Below are positions 1-9,234 of a stretch of DNA of 44,947 nucleotides, in pieces. Each line of letters begins with the position of its first letter. Positions within the stretch are counted from its first letter, which is position 1. The notes under the pieces were generated by a model. The model had not been told where the DNA came from. It made no database searches and saw only the letters and a program-made list of their open reading frames with translations. The position numbers and the translations under genes are program-made. This DNA comes from a virus (taxonomy: Duplodnaviria > Caudoviricetes): IMG/VR virus record IMGVR_UViG_3300033407_000034, positions 1 to 44,947 of that record; one strand, written 5' to 3'.

Positions 1-127
1 CGGCAGGTGGTTGCCGCTCCAGTAGACCTCCCCAGACGGCGCTACGGCCATCAGGGCGGCCCTGGTGGCGCCCGGTACGTTCGACTGGCAGTAGTAGACC
101 TCCATGCGTCCATCGGCGAAGTAGGAC
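1..127. repeat. Terminal direct repeat, copy 1 (circular overlap)
   Basis: Identical to 44821-44947; an ORF reads continuously across the join. Confidence 0.97.
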
Positions 128-855
128 GCGCCGTAGAAGCCCTGCACACCGAGGATGCGCGGTTCCAGTTCGTACATCGTCCGCTCCCAGCGGCCAAAGG
201 TGATCTCGTTGAAGAGAACGCGGGAGTTAGGCCCGGTGTTCATGAAGTCCACCCAGCCCGGCGCCGGCGTGAACCGCGCGAGGCCTTGACAGATGTGACC
301 GGCCGGGTAGCTGATCCCCTTGCAGTACTGCTCGTCCCAGGTCGCGATCGCGTGGCCGCAGACCTCATGGCAGAGGATGGAGAGGCGGGTAATCTCCGGC
401 CAGACCACCGGGGAGTACATGATGTCGCTCATCTCGACGTCGGCGATGCCTGGGAAGCCCCGTCCGAGACAGAAGATGTTCACGCTCCCGCAGATGCGTA
501 CCTGGTCGGTCCCGCAGTTGACCCGGATCGTGAAGTCGCCAGCGCCGTCGTTGCGGACGAACCGGAACTGCACCGCGTCTTGCAACTCGATTCGGATCGC
601 CTCGAGGTCACTGACAATCGAGCCCTGGACGCAGCCCGGCATGACGATCAGGCGATAGTTCACCGTCCGCTGCGCCCGCCCCTTGACCGTGACCGGGTTG
701 TAGAGGCCGCAGTCCGGGACACCGCAAGAGAAGATGTCGCCGTGCGGCTGGCTGGGATGAGGCGGAGGCGGCGCTGCTTCGCCGTAGCGAGAGAGCAAGA
801 GCAGGGCGAGGAGGAACGCCGTCAGCCAGATCGCGAGGAAGCGTAGCCGCTTCAT
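1..855 (-). CDS. Secreted zinc metalloprotease-like protein, N-terminal part (continues at 44820..44695; about 326 aa in total)
   Basis: Manual translation from ATG 855 (ATGA overlap with upstream stop): MKRLRFLAIWLTAFLLALLLLSRYGEAA signal peptide, HEVCGHAIATWDEQY zinc motif, DFMNTG Met-turn-like motif. Missing from the ORF track because it crosses the join. Confidence 0.75.
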   Translation of the reverse strand, partial: MKRLRFLAIWLTAFLLALLLLSRYGEAAPPPPHPSQPHGDIFSCGVPDCGLYNPVTVKGRAQRTVNYRLIVMPGCVQGSIVSDLEAIRIELQDAVQFRFVRNDGAGDFTIRVNCGTDQVRICGSVNIFCLGRGFPGIADVEMSDIMYSPVVWPEITRLSILCHEVCGHAIATWDEQYCKGISYPAGHICQGLARFTPAPGWVDFMNTGPNSRVLFNEITFGRWERTMYELEPRILGVQGFYGASYFADGRMEVYYCQSNVPGATRAALMAVAPSGEVYWSGNHLP

Positions 856-1313
856 TCCAGCGCCAGCTTTCGCTTGTCCTCAATGCAACGGACCGCCCCG
901 TCACCGGCAATCGCGGGCTCGCTCTGCTGCCCGACGTTGGTGTCGTAATAGTGCGTTCCCGGCAGCACCTCGCCCTCTTCCGTGATCGATATCGTCACCA
1001 GTTCCGTCACGCCATCTTTGAGACGCAGCAACTCGTGACTGAAGCCGACGTGCGGAATAATTGAGTACTTCACCTCTGTGGCCGGGTCTTCGCAGAACTC
1101 CTCGACCGGGAAGCCCTCAAGTCCCGAGGTTGGGACAATTTCCTCCGTCGTTGCCGGGAGCTTCCCAACCCCCGGCACGTCCAGCCGCGAGTAGACCAGG
1201 GCGACGGCAATCACCGAGACGACCACCGACACCGCTATTGCCAGCAACCAGCCCCAGTCTCTCGCCGCCGCGAATACCCTGTCTCTCGGCGTGTGTTCAT
1301 GGGAGTGGTTCAT
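852..1313 (-). CDS. Membrane-anchored protein, lysis block
   Basis: One N-terminal TM helix (WLLAIAVSVVVSVIAVALVY), acidic external domain with two Cys; coupled to the next gene. Confidence 0.75.
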   Translation of the reverse strand: MNHSHEHTPRDRVFAAARDWGWLLAIAVSVVVSVIAVALVYSRLDVPGVGKLPATTEEIVPTSGLEGFPVEEFCEDPATEVKYSIIPHVGFSHELLRLKDGVTELVTISITEEGEVLPGTHYYDTNVGQQSEPAIAGDGAVRCIEDKRKLALE

Positions 1314-1449
1314 GGCGGGCCTCCAGTTCCTTGATGCGCTCCTCTAGCTCCCCCAGCTTTTCCCAGAGCAGGGCGATCTGTGTCCTCGGCTCCTGCCGGG
1401 TGCGCGGGGCGAGACGCTTGCCGACCTCGCGGTCCATAAATCGCTCCAT
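1297..1449 (-). CDS. Small coiled-coil protein
   Basis: Manual translation MERFMDREVGKRLAPRTRQEPRTQIALLWEKLGELEERIKELEARHEPLP; fills the gap in the operon. Confidence 0.5.
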   Translation of the reverse strand: MERFMDREVGKRLAPRTRQEPRTQIALLWEKLGELEERIKELEARHEPLP

Positions 1450-1453
1450 GAAT

Positions 1454-1600
1454 TTATTCACGTTTCGCGCACCATCCGCAGAGCCGGAACCCGGCCGGTA
1501 TCTCCTGCACGATCTCCCGGCTCTTGAGCTGGTCGGCGTTACAACGCTCTATCGTCGGCAGCAGGTGAGCCCGCTTGCGGAGCCGGTTAAGGACGTACAT
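1454..1600 (-). CDS. Small Cys/His protein
   Basis: ATG 1600 overlaps the upstream TGA; H..C...CGWC. Confidence 0.55.
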   Translation of the reverse strand: MYVLNRLRKRAHLLPTIERCNADQLKSREIVQEIPAGFRLCGWCAKRE

Positions 1601-1797
1601 CAGTGAGTGCTTCCCGGCACCCAGTGACCGGCCGCGAAGAACGGCGCTCCGAAGAGGAACCACTCAAGCGGCACAAGACCGCCCAGGTCGGGCTCATTCA
1701 GCAGCACCAGCAGCGCGGCCACGGCAAACAGGAAGGTAGCGACGATGTAGCAGATTACGGAAAAGGCCATTTGAGTCTCCTTAAATCCTTCGCGCAA
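1600..1797 (-). CDS. Two-TM membrane protein, holin candidate
   Basis: Two hydrophobic segments; true start probably MAFSV. Confidence 0.65.
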   Translation of the reverse strand: MREGFKETQMAFSVICYIVATFLFAVAALLVLLNEPDLGGLVPLEWFLFGAPFFAAGHWVPGSTH

Positions 1798-1856
1798 CGG
1801 CGAGAATCACCAAAACAATCAGCAGCAGAATTAACACCGAGTACAGATCCATTTAC

Positions 1857-2108
1857 TTACTTCCTCCCCTTGTCCCGGTCGGACTTCCAAACCCAACCGG
1901 CCACAGCGAGCACAATCGCGATGACGAGTAATTGCAGCTTGGCGATGTCCTTCCGGGCAGCACTCATATTGCTGTTAACCAACACATGGATCGCCTTCTG
2001 GTCATACAGGAGCTTCAGGGCGATACCGATGATGGCGATGATCCCTGAGATGGCCGCCACGAGAAGCGCCTCACTCACTGCCGTCTCGCCTCGTTGGCTT
2101 CGGCTCAC
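1857..2108 (-). CDS. Two-TM membrane protein, holin candidate
   Basis: TM-IHVLVNSNMS-TM with a basic C-terminus. Confidence 0.7.
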   Translation of the reverse strand: MSRSQRGETAVSEALLVAAISGIIAIIGIALKLLYDQKAIHVLVNSNMSAARKDIAKLQLLVIAIVLAVAGWVWKSDRDKGRK

Positions 2109-2340
2109 CTAAAACACCGCTGAACCAGGCGTTCAGTTCCTTCTGCTGCTGCAAGTCCTCGTCGTGGCGCTTCACGGAGCCGTTGATCTGCCGAAGCTGG
2201 TCTCCCATCTGATCGAGCTTCGCGTGTGCCCGCCAGAGCGAACGCACGATCCAACGGAAGCCACCGGCCAAAACCATGAGGACGGCGAGAATCTCCCCTA
2301 TGAGTCGTGCTGTCTCTGCTACGCTCATTCCCTCGCTCAC
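2071..2340 (-). CDS. TM plus coiled-coil protein, lysis accessory/holin-like
   Basis: N-terminal TM helix, then a coiled coil with an NGS motif; follows the tail genes. Confidence 0.7.
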   Translation of the reverse strand: MSEGMSVAETARLIGEILAVLMVLAGGFRWIVRSLWRAHAKLDQMGDQLRQINGSVKRHDEDLQQQKELNAWFSGVLGEPKPTRRDGSE

Positions 2341-2582
2341 GGACTAACCGTTATTTCATCGGTAGGCACGGTGCCTCCGCACTGCTTGCAGTCGGCGCCG
2401 ATCGCGGCATGGTTAGGATCGAGCGTCACCTGCCCTCCACACCCGACCTTGATACTCCCCTTGCCCGAACAGAGGCCGCATTCGTAGTCCTCCACGGTGC
2501 CTTCACCGTCACAGGACCAGCACTCTTGAGTCGCCCGGTGGACGCCGCGAACCGAAAATGAGGCTGGGATGTGTTCATTCAT
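2337..2582 (-). CDS. Zinc-finger protein with DnaJ-like CxxCxGxG motifs
   Basis: CWSCDGEG, CGLCSGKG, CKQCGG; coupled to genes on both sides. Confidence 0.7.
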   Translation of the reverse strand: MNEHIPASFSVRGVHRATQECWSCDGEGTVEDYECGLCSGKGSIKVGCGGQVTLDPNHAAIGADCKQCGGTVPTDEITVSP

Positions 2583-5359
2583 CAGGTCACCGCACCCTTC
2601 ACTTCCCGGAAGAACAGCCGCAAGACGACCGGCTCCGCCCTAACCTCGCCGTTGCGGTCCCGCCGCGTGTCCATCAACTCTTCTGCTGACGGCGGCTGGC
2701 CCATCGGCGCAACCCGCATCCCCTGAAGGTATTGATGCCTTTCAAACACCGCCGCCTTGTCGAAGGACGAGAGCCGTAGCCTCTGCACGTTCCCCTTCGT
2801 CGCGTCGGAGTCGTCGGTGTCCTGGAGCGTGTACAGCGATTCCAAAAACGTGAACACGTCCGGCCGCGGCAAGTCCTCGTCCAGCGAAAGGTCGATTGCA
2901 AGCGTCTGGAGGTTCGGCCATTGCGCCACTGAGGAGACGACAAAACTACTCAGGCTGGGGGTCTTCGCCGTGCCCGCTTCGTGCTTGCCTGAGAACTGCG
3001 GCGTGAAAGTCCTGAAGGCCCGTTTTGCCACCGGGATCAGGTAGTCGGAATATGCCGCCGTGAACTCGTTGCTGATGTCGGCAGAGAACGCCCCTACAGC
3101 AGGGTTCAGGTCGATCTCGGCCGTAATCGAGCCGTAGGTGCCTGCCGCTGCTGAGATCCTGCGGCCGTGGTAGGAGATAACGGTCAGGCTCTTGTTGGCC
3201 TCTTCCGGCAGGAAGTCCACTTCATGGCCCCTGATCTTCAGGGCCGTATCCTCTGTCCCGGTCGTAAAGGCCATGCTCTTGACCTGAGAGGCGTGTTCCA
3301 TGCGCGGGTCGCCGCCGAGGTCGGAGTAGATGAACTGCCTGACGATGGCGGTATTCGTCGTGTTGGGGACGATGGTATAGACCTGGTTCTGCTGCAGGCC
3401 GAGCTCGTTTTCCGCGAAGGGGATCGGCTGGTCGAGCACACCGCCGTCTAGCAAAGTGACTGCCGACTTCGATTGCAGGATCGTGTCGGCGAAATACTTG
3501 CCGTTGGCATAGAAGATGTATTGCCTGTCTACGATCGCCCCGGCCGAGCTGTAGAGCACGCAGTCCAGCCCCAGGTACTCGCCCTGAGAGAACATGCTGT
3601 TGACCCTGATCTCGTTATCGCCGTTCAGGTGCGGCAGGCGGAGGTTTCGCAACTGGCCGGAGCCGTCGATGTGCTTGAGGATGTGGCCCGGCCCGGCGAT
3701 ATTCCCGCCTGCCACCGCCCAGCCACCCTGCCAGGGATGGACGGAATGCACATAGGGCAACTCCGCGTTCATCGGTATGAAGTCGAAGACGGGGCGGTCT
3801 TGTGTCGCGTCCCATGTGAAGTCCAGCCGCCAGAGCTTGCGCGGCACGGTGATCGCCGTGGTGTCGTCTCGCTCGGGAGAGCGCAAGACGATGCTGTTAG
3901 GGAAGGCGGGAGACTTCGCGCAGGTGTCGGAGCCGAGCGAAAAGGCAAGTGATTGGCCGAGGGGCGCCGTCGTGAGTGTCAGAGTGATGTGATCTACATC
4001 GATAGATGTGGTTGTCGAGTTGGACGCGGGGGCGCTGGCATCACGTTCGTAGACAAACCGCACCGCAACCTGAATCTTGTCCCACTCGCCGGGGTTGACG
4101 TGAGCGCCCCAGTTGTCGCCCGACCCGCCCAGGGTATAGGTCGTGTCGGTTGCGGTGATCTCACCGCCGGTAGTCTTGGACGCGCCCCGCTGAGCACCAC
4201 CAACACGGAACTGCACTTCAGCGATGTAAAACTCGCTCAAGGTGGACGAGCTTACGGCGCACTCAATACCTACCGACGCACCGACAAGGTAATGGTTGTT
4301 CGGCACGACGGCGGAGGCATCGAAGAAGGGGATGAGGTAATTCGTCGTGCCGCCGCTGCTCTCAGCATTATTGTCTCCGTCGTTGTTTAGAGTGCTGTAC
4401 TTGGCGTCTGAGTTATCCGAGGCCAGGATGTTTTCTGTGTCTTGCCAAATGCCAATACTGTCGGGGCCACCGCTAGCGGTAAAGGTGCTTTGTACCGTGG
4501 TTCGGCTTCCTGTTCCTTCCTGCCCGCCTGAGATTGGATTGAGAGCCGAATGAGTAGTAGTGGCAGCGCCAGCGGGAAGGTCCTTCGTGGCCGATAGCAC
4601 CACCGGTTCTAAGGTTGCCGGTACGCTGTCCGTGCCCTTGAAGTAGTGGACCTGGTTAACTCCCCCTACTTCGCCGACAACGATCCCCGCTCCCGGCCCG
4701 AGCGTCGGCATGTAGCGCATCGCCGAGACGTAATCCCCCGCATCGAGCGCAACCAGCACCGTCCAGCCGGAGTTGTAGGCAAGGGTGGTTACGTCCGTGA
4801 ATCCCCTGATGTCTTCGGTTGCGCCGTTGTAGGCGACGGCAACATAAGCGGTGTTGTTCATCACGACGTCAGCAATTGCAGTCGCCTTGTCGGTAAAGGG
4901 CGTGCTTGCCAGCTCGACTAAGGCAGGGTTGGTCAGGCTCGTATCGGTGTAGACGGTCGAGCCCAGCGCAACCAGATACCGCAAACCGGCCGCGCCGTGA
5001 GAGGTATTGATCGCGTGAGCGCGGAGGTTCAGGGCGATAGACCCGGAGACGTCCACAGCGTCGAGCGTGGCCTGAGTGGTGAGCACGGGCGGCAGGATCA
5101 AGCCTGAACGCGTCTGCCAGCCTTCGTTATAGGTGTACTCGGTGAGCGCCTGGGTATAGCTCTGCACGTCCACGACGCGGGCAAGGCCGCCGGAAAAGCC
5201 GCCGTACTTGATCTTGCTAACGCCGACCTGAGCGGCACGCTCGATCTCTGCGCCCGTGCCGATCCGTGGCAAGCCCTGGTCAAGGTTGCCGGGAAAGACC
5301 CGCGTGCCCCGGAAGATCACCTTCGAGGTCGCGTTACCGTAGACGATCTCCTCAGCCAT
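2582..5359 (-). CDS. Large tail protein (nozzle/tail tubular-like) with an inserted beta-sandwich domain
   Basis: 925 aa, beta-rich, at the end of the structural block; function inferred from position. Confidence 0.65.
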   Translation of the reverse strand: MAEEIVYGNATSKVIFRGTRVFPGNLDQGLPRIGTGAEIERAAQVGVSKIKYGGFSGGLARVVDVQSYTQALTEYTYNEGWQTRSGLILPPVLTTQATLDAVDVSGSIALNLRAHAINTSHGAAGLRYLVALGSTVYTDTSLTNPALVELASTPFTDKATAIADVVMNNTAYVAVAYNGATEDIRGFTDVTTLAYNSGWTVLVALDAGDYVSAMRYMPTLGPGAGIVVGEVGGVNQVHYFKGTDSVPATLEPVVLSATKDLPAGAATTTHSALNPISGGQEGTGSRTTVQSTFTASGGPDSIGIWQDTENILASDNSDAKYSTLNNDGDNNAESSGGTTNYLIPFFDASAVVPNNHYLVGASVGIECAVSSSTLSEFYIAEVQFRVGGAQRGASKTTGGEITATDTTYTLGGSGDNWGAHVNPGEWDKIQVAVRFVYERDASAPASNSTTTSIDVDHITLTLTTAPLGQSLAFSLGSDTCAKSPAFPNSIVLRSPERDDTTAITVPRKLWRLDFTWDATQDRPVFDFIPMNAELPYVHSVHPWQGGWAVAGGNIAGPGHILKHIDGSGQLRNLRLPHLNGDNEIRVNSMFSQGEYLGLDCVLYSSAGAIVDRQYIFYANGKYFADTILQSKSAVTLLDGGVLDQPIPFAENELGLQQNQVYTIVPNTTNTAIVRQFIYSDLGGDPRMEHASQVKSMAFTTGTEDTALKIRGHEVDFLPEEANKSLTVISYHGRRISAAAGTYGSITAEIDLNPAVGAFSADISNEFTAAYSDYLIPVAKRAFRTFTPQFSGKHEAGTAKTPSLSSFVVSSVAQWPNLQTLAIDLSLDEDLPRPDVFTFLESLYTLQDTDDSDATKGNVQRLRLSSFDKAAVFERHQYLQGMRVAPMGQPPSAEELMDTRRDRNGEVRAEPVVLRLFFREVKGAVT

Positions 5360-5362
5360 TCT

Positions 5363-6004
5363 TTACGTGCTCCAGCCAAAATATGCGTACAGGCTCGGGT
5401 CAACTTCTTCCGCCGGCGCCGGCTCGACCACAGGCTCGGAATAGCCACCGGTTGAAACCGTGTTGTATTCCGGCGTGTCGAAGCCAAAGTATTGATAGAG
5501 CGACGGGTCGGGCGGCGGCGGCTCTGCCACGGGGGCGTAATAGAAGGTCTCCTGCGGCGCCACGTTCACCGGTTCAGGTGCGACATAGCTTTGGATCGGA
5601 AGGCCAAAATTCGGATCCGTGAAGGCGTTCGACTCGGCCGCCGGTTGCTGGTCATAGACGATGACCTCAGCCGGGGCGACTACGGCGGTGGTTGCCACTG
5701 TCTGGAGTTGCTGTGCACCAAAGCCCACATCGACCTGCACAACTTCCTCTTCGTGGACGCCGTTGTCAGCTGAAACTACCCGCACCGTGACCGTAAAGTG
5801 CTCTCCCTTTTCCGACTGCTGGATCAACTCGCCCGACTGCACCCGCGCCTGTGTGCTTGATTCGTCCGCAACTCCCTGCTCAGTGAGGACGTAGGCGGGC
5901 GGGAGGGCAGTCTCCAGCACCGCACCGAGCACAACGGGAGGCGCGTAATCGCCACAGGCGATCAGCAAGTCGCGGTCAAGCGGCTGGAACACGTAGATGC
6001 TCAC
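5363..6004 (-). CDS. Acidic Pro/Tyr-rich virion-associated protein
   Basis: GTG 6004 overlaps the upstream TGA; repeated DPSLYxYFG motif. Confidence 0.65.
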   Translation of the reverse strand: MSIYVFQPLDRDLLIACGDYAPPVVLGAVLETALPPAYVLTEQGVADESSTQARVQSGELIQQSEKGEHFTVTVRVVSADNGVHEEEVVQVDVGFGAQQLQTVATTAVVAPAEVIVYDQQPAAESNAFTDPNFGLPIQSYVAPEPVNVAPQETFYYAPVAEPPPPDPSLYQYFGFDTPEYNTVSTGGYSEPVVEPAPAEEVDPSLYAYFGWST

Positions 6005-7362
6005 AACGCCGCCATGCTTCTCACCGGGTAAGGCGGCTCCTGCAGCGGCGTCTCGAGGTCCTTCGTGTATTCGGCCAGCCGGGCGCTGAGGTTCTCGCCG
6101 CCCTCGGTGGTGGACTTGTATATCTGCTCCAGCGTCGAATTGGCCTGCGTGTCGTCCTTCTTGAAGGTGAGGACAAACCGGCAAAGGTCGGCGATGTAGC
6201 TGAGTCCGAACAAGTCCTCGTCAATGTTCACCGAGGGCGAGGTCTCGCCCGCCGCGGTAAAGGCGGGTGTGTAGATGTCCGTGCCCTTGCGGATCGCCTC
6301 CAGCCAGAGTTCGGCCATCGGCAGGGAGCGCTCAAACTCCAGCCGGTACGGGTTGGATGCGGCGTGGTTGATCCGCAGAGCGTAGTCACGCGGGTAGAAC
6401 TGGGTCAGGTCGCGCGAACGGGCGTCAAACACGCCTTCCTCGTACTGGAGGCTGTAGTCGGCGTAGAGCACCTTGCGGAGCATCGAGGTACGGTTCAGGA
6501 AACTGGGCGCGTCTAATACGCGGTCATCGGCCTTGTGGGGGCCGTGGAAGCTGTTGATGTAGGCGTCGTCGCTTGCTCCGGTGCAGTAGACGCGGTAGGC
6601 GATCTCCTTGCAGGTAGCGGGAATCTTGAACGTCCGCTGCATGGACATGAAGCGCTCGAGGGAATGATCGGTGCGCTTCGATGACTCGATCTCCGCGTCG
6701 TTGGTCTTGTCCCAGATGGCAAAGGCGAACGGGCCGGATGCGTCCCTCCTGAGGATCACGGAGCCGAAATACTGCTGGTTGGGGATCACCGCTACGCTGG
6801 GGCCTTCGACGTACTCCCCAGCAGTGCCGGCGTCGAAAAACAGGCTTTGTTTGCCCGAGTAGACGTTCCCCGCCGTGGCGACCTTGCTGATCGAACCGCC
6901 TCCTGAGACCGAGTAGCTGGTTGTGCCGGTCGCTTCCATGTCGGCATCGGTGAAGCCGGGGACAGGCGCGAGGTCGGGGATCAGGAAGCCTCGCAGGGTA
7001 TTAACAAAGACGTTGAACATCGAGCGCGGATGCAGAGACGACAACTCATATTGCGCGGCGGCGGCAACGTTTCCCGACCAGGCCACGCCGTCCCAGTAGA
7101 GGCGGCCGTTAGAGGTGTCCACGGGGCCTGTAGAGCCCGATACGCGCCTGATCCGCTCGGAAGCAGTGCTGGAGTCGGGGAAGTAGATGTACATGCCGAT
7201 CGCCGATTCAGCGGTCAGGTAGTTGTTATCGGGGTTAGTCCAGAGGCCGGTGTCGACGAGGAAGTTTGTCGAGCCTTCCGCCGTGGTCGCTGAGATCACA
7301 GGCACTAACCAGGGTGCTTTCTGGGAGACGTAGGCGCGGGCTGACTCAAAAGAAACTGTCAC
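6001..7362 (-). CDS. Head-tail adaptor-like structural protein with a carbohydrate-binding-like insert
   Basis: 453 aa; central DADMEATG...YSGKQSL...YFGSVILR jelly-roll-like segment; position in the structural block. Confidence 0.6.
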   Translation of the reverse strand: MTVSFESARAYVSQKAPWLVPVISATTAEGSTNFLVDTGLWTNPDNNYLTAESAIGMYIYFPDSSTASERIRRVSGSTGPVDTSNGRLYWDGVAWSGNVAAAAQYELSSLHPRSMFNVFVNTLRGFLIPDLAPVPGFTDADMEATGTTSYSVSGGGSISKVATAGNVYSGKQSLFFDAGTAGEYVEGPSVAVIPNQQYFGSVILRRDASGPFAFAIWDKTNDAEIESSKRTDHSLERFMSMQRTFKIPATCKEIAYRVYCTGASDDAYINSFHGPHKADDRVLDAPSFLNRTSMLRKVLYADYSLQYEEGVFDARSRDLTQFYPRDYALRINHAASNPYRLEFERSLPMAELWLEAIRKGTDIYTPAFTAAGETSPSVNIDEDLFGLSYIADLCRFVLTFKKDDTQANSTLEQIYKSTTEGGENLSARLAEYTKDLETPLQEPPYPVRSMAAL

Positions 7363-9026
7363 TGCTTTACTCCGATCTGGACATCGCGTGGGTGCGTCTC
7401 CATGTCACGCGCTCGGTAACCCGGCTCCTTCACGCCGAGAGGAGTCGCGAAGTAGCGCAGGGTGTCGTGGTTGACGGAGCCGGTAACGGCGGTGAAGTTG
7501 GTAATCGTCAGGACGCCGGTCATCTCCGGCTGGTTGCCGAAGAGCGCTATCGCCGTGGCGACGGTGCCGGTCATTGCCGGCTGGTTACCAGCGAGTGAGA
7601 TCAGGTACTTGAGGGTGACGGCGCCGGCCTGGGTGGAGAGGACGCCACTCAGAGCGATCAGGTACTTGACCGAAATTGCACCGGTCGAGGCAGGTTGGCT
7701 TCCGGTGAGGCTGATAAACGCCGCCGATGTCAGCGCACCGGTCGATGCGGGTTGCGAACCTGTGAGCGACCGGAAGAGAGACTGCAGCGCCGCCAGCGTT
7801 CCGGTCATGGCAGGCTGGGACCCGGCCAAGCTCTTCAGGAGCGTTTGAATGAGGCTCAGCACGCCGGTAGAAGCAGGCTGGCTACCGGCAAGGCTGATCA
7901 GATACTTGACCGAGAGTGACCCAGAGGATGCGGGCTGGTCGCCGGTGAGCCTTATGGCGGCGCTGATCGTGACGGTCGGCGTAACACTGTAACTGTCTAG
8001 CTCTACGCCTTCCAGCAGGACGCGGAACTCATAGGTTTCCTCATCCTCTGCCAGAAGCGTCGCCACGAGACTCCATTCGTCCTCTCTGTATTCATCGAGG
8101 GCAAGGTCTACGGCATCGCCGGGGTTCTCGTCGTCTTGAATGCGGCCGCCGCCAAAGTCCGCCGTGGTCTTGCCGGCAGGGGCGGTGAGTTGCGCCGTCG
8201 TGTTCTCTCCTGATGCCGTGATAAAGGCTGAGGGCGAGAGGGTAAAGGCGGCAGTGGTAGAGGCGATCGTGCCGGCGGATGCAGGCTGAGCACCCGAGAG
8301 GTTTATCAGGTACTTGACCGAGAGCGCCGCTGTCGATGCGGGTTGGCTCCCTGCGAGAGAACGCTGGAGCATCTGGAGCGTGGTGAGGGCTCCTGTAGCG
8401 GCCGGGATAGCCCCTGCGATGGCCTTGAGGAAGAGCGCGGCGAGCAGGCCGGTCATCGCCGGCTGTGAACCGGTCAGGGCTACTTCGGTGCCTTCACCCT
8501 CTGTGTAGTCGATGGAGATCGAGGTCGCGCCGGAACCTTCCTGAGACAAGACAGTGAAGGTCCCCGATGCTTCGGTTTTGCCCTTCACTATTACGCAGAT
8601 GTCCTGACCAGATGCCCAGCCTGCACGGTCTATAACCTCTTGTACAGCAGCGGCAAAATCAGGACTGGCCTCGGCGCCAGCACCCACCCCGGTATCTACC
8701 CAGGAAGTCGATGCTGCAGTGACGGGACGGTCGTTAATGTCTGCTTCGTCAGTGAAGTTGGCGGCGTCGTCTACGTCGTTGAGGAAGATGTCGCAGTTCG
8801 GGTCATCAGTCGTAGTGCCGACAACATCCACGGTCAGGACAGCACTGTTAATCGTGCTGCCTGCCGGGATCGTCACATTGACAAAGCGGAACCCCGCGTT
8901 AGAGCGGGCAAGGTCACTCGTGCTCGCCCGCATACTGAGCGTGGTACCGATAGACGAGAAGGTTCCTGCGGCTGTTTCTGCCGCATCGTCCGCACCCGCG
9001 GCCACCGAAGCGTTGTAGACCGCCAT
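7359..9026 (-). CDS. Repeat-containing fibre/appendage protein B
   Basis: N-terminal adhesin-like jelly-roll (GFRFVNVTIPAGSTINSA...SPDFAAAVQEVIDRAGWASG) and about 12 GxQPAxTG repeats interrupted by a half-domain. Confidence 0.8.
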   Translation of the reverse strand: MAVYNASVAAGADDAAETAAGTFSSIGTTLSMRASTSDLARSNAGFRFVNVTIPAGSTINSAVLTVDVVGTTTDDPNCDIFLNDVDDAANFTDEADINDRPVTAASTSWVDTGVGAGAEASPDFAAAVQEVIDRAGWASGQDICVIVKGKTEASGTFTVLSQEGSGATSISIDYTEGEGTEVALTGSQPAMTGLLAALFLKAIAGAIPAATGALTTLQMLQRSLAGSQPASTAALSVKYLINLSGAQPASAGTIASTTAAFTLSPSAFITASGENTTAQLTAPAGKTTADFGGGRIQDDENPGDAVDLALDEYREDEWSLVATLLAEDEETYEFRVLLEGVELDSYSVTPTVTISAAIRLTGDQPASSGSLSVKYLISLAGSQPASTGVLSLIQTLLKSLAGSQPAMTGTLAALQSLFRSLTGSQPASTGALTSAAFISLTGSQPASTGAISVKYLIALSGVLSTQAGAVTLKYLISLAGNQPAMTGTVATAIALFGNQPEMTGVLTITNFTAVTGSVNHDTLRYFATPLGVKEPGYRARDMETHPRDVQIGVKQ

Positions 9027-9034
9027 CTAGGCTC

Positions 9035-9223
9035 CTAGCGGTGGTAGGTCCTGGTGCAGGTGTTCGGTGCCGTGAACGTCTGCGTCACGTGCTCGTCTGA
9101 AAACTCGGGACAGTAGCGAGCATCGGGCACTGTCCATGTGCGCGTTACGTCGGCGCTTGCGATGCCGGCTGAGCCGAAGAGAGCCGCTGCGAGAGTGCCT
9201 GCCAGAACCAGTTTTTTGAACAT
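9035..9223 (-). CDS. Small secreted protein with a Sec signal peptide
   Basis: Strong RBS AAAGGAG; MFKKLVLAGTLAAALFGSAGIASA signal; 38-aa mature part with two Cys. Confidence 0.8.
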   Translation of the reverse strand: MFKKLVLAGTLAAALFGSAGIASADVTRTWTVPDARYCPEFSDEHVTQTFTAPNTCTRTYHR

Positions 9224-9234
9224 TACTTTCTCCT

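Noticed and set aside
7-846. 279-aa plus-strand ORF and similar long plus-strand ORFs (e.g. 15401-16120)
   Set aside because: High-GC shadows of clear minus-strand genes.
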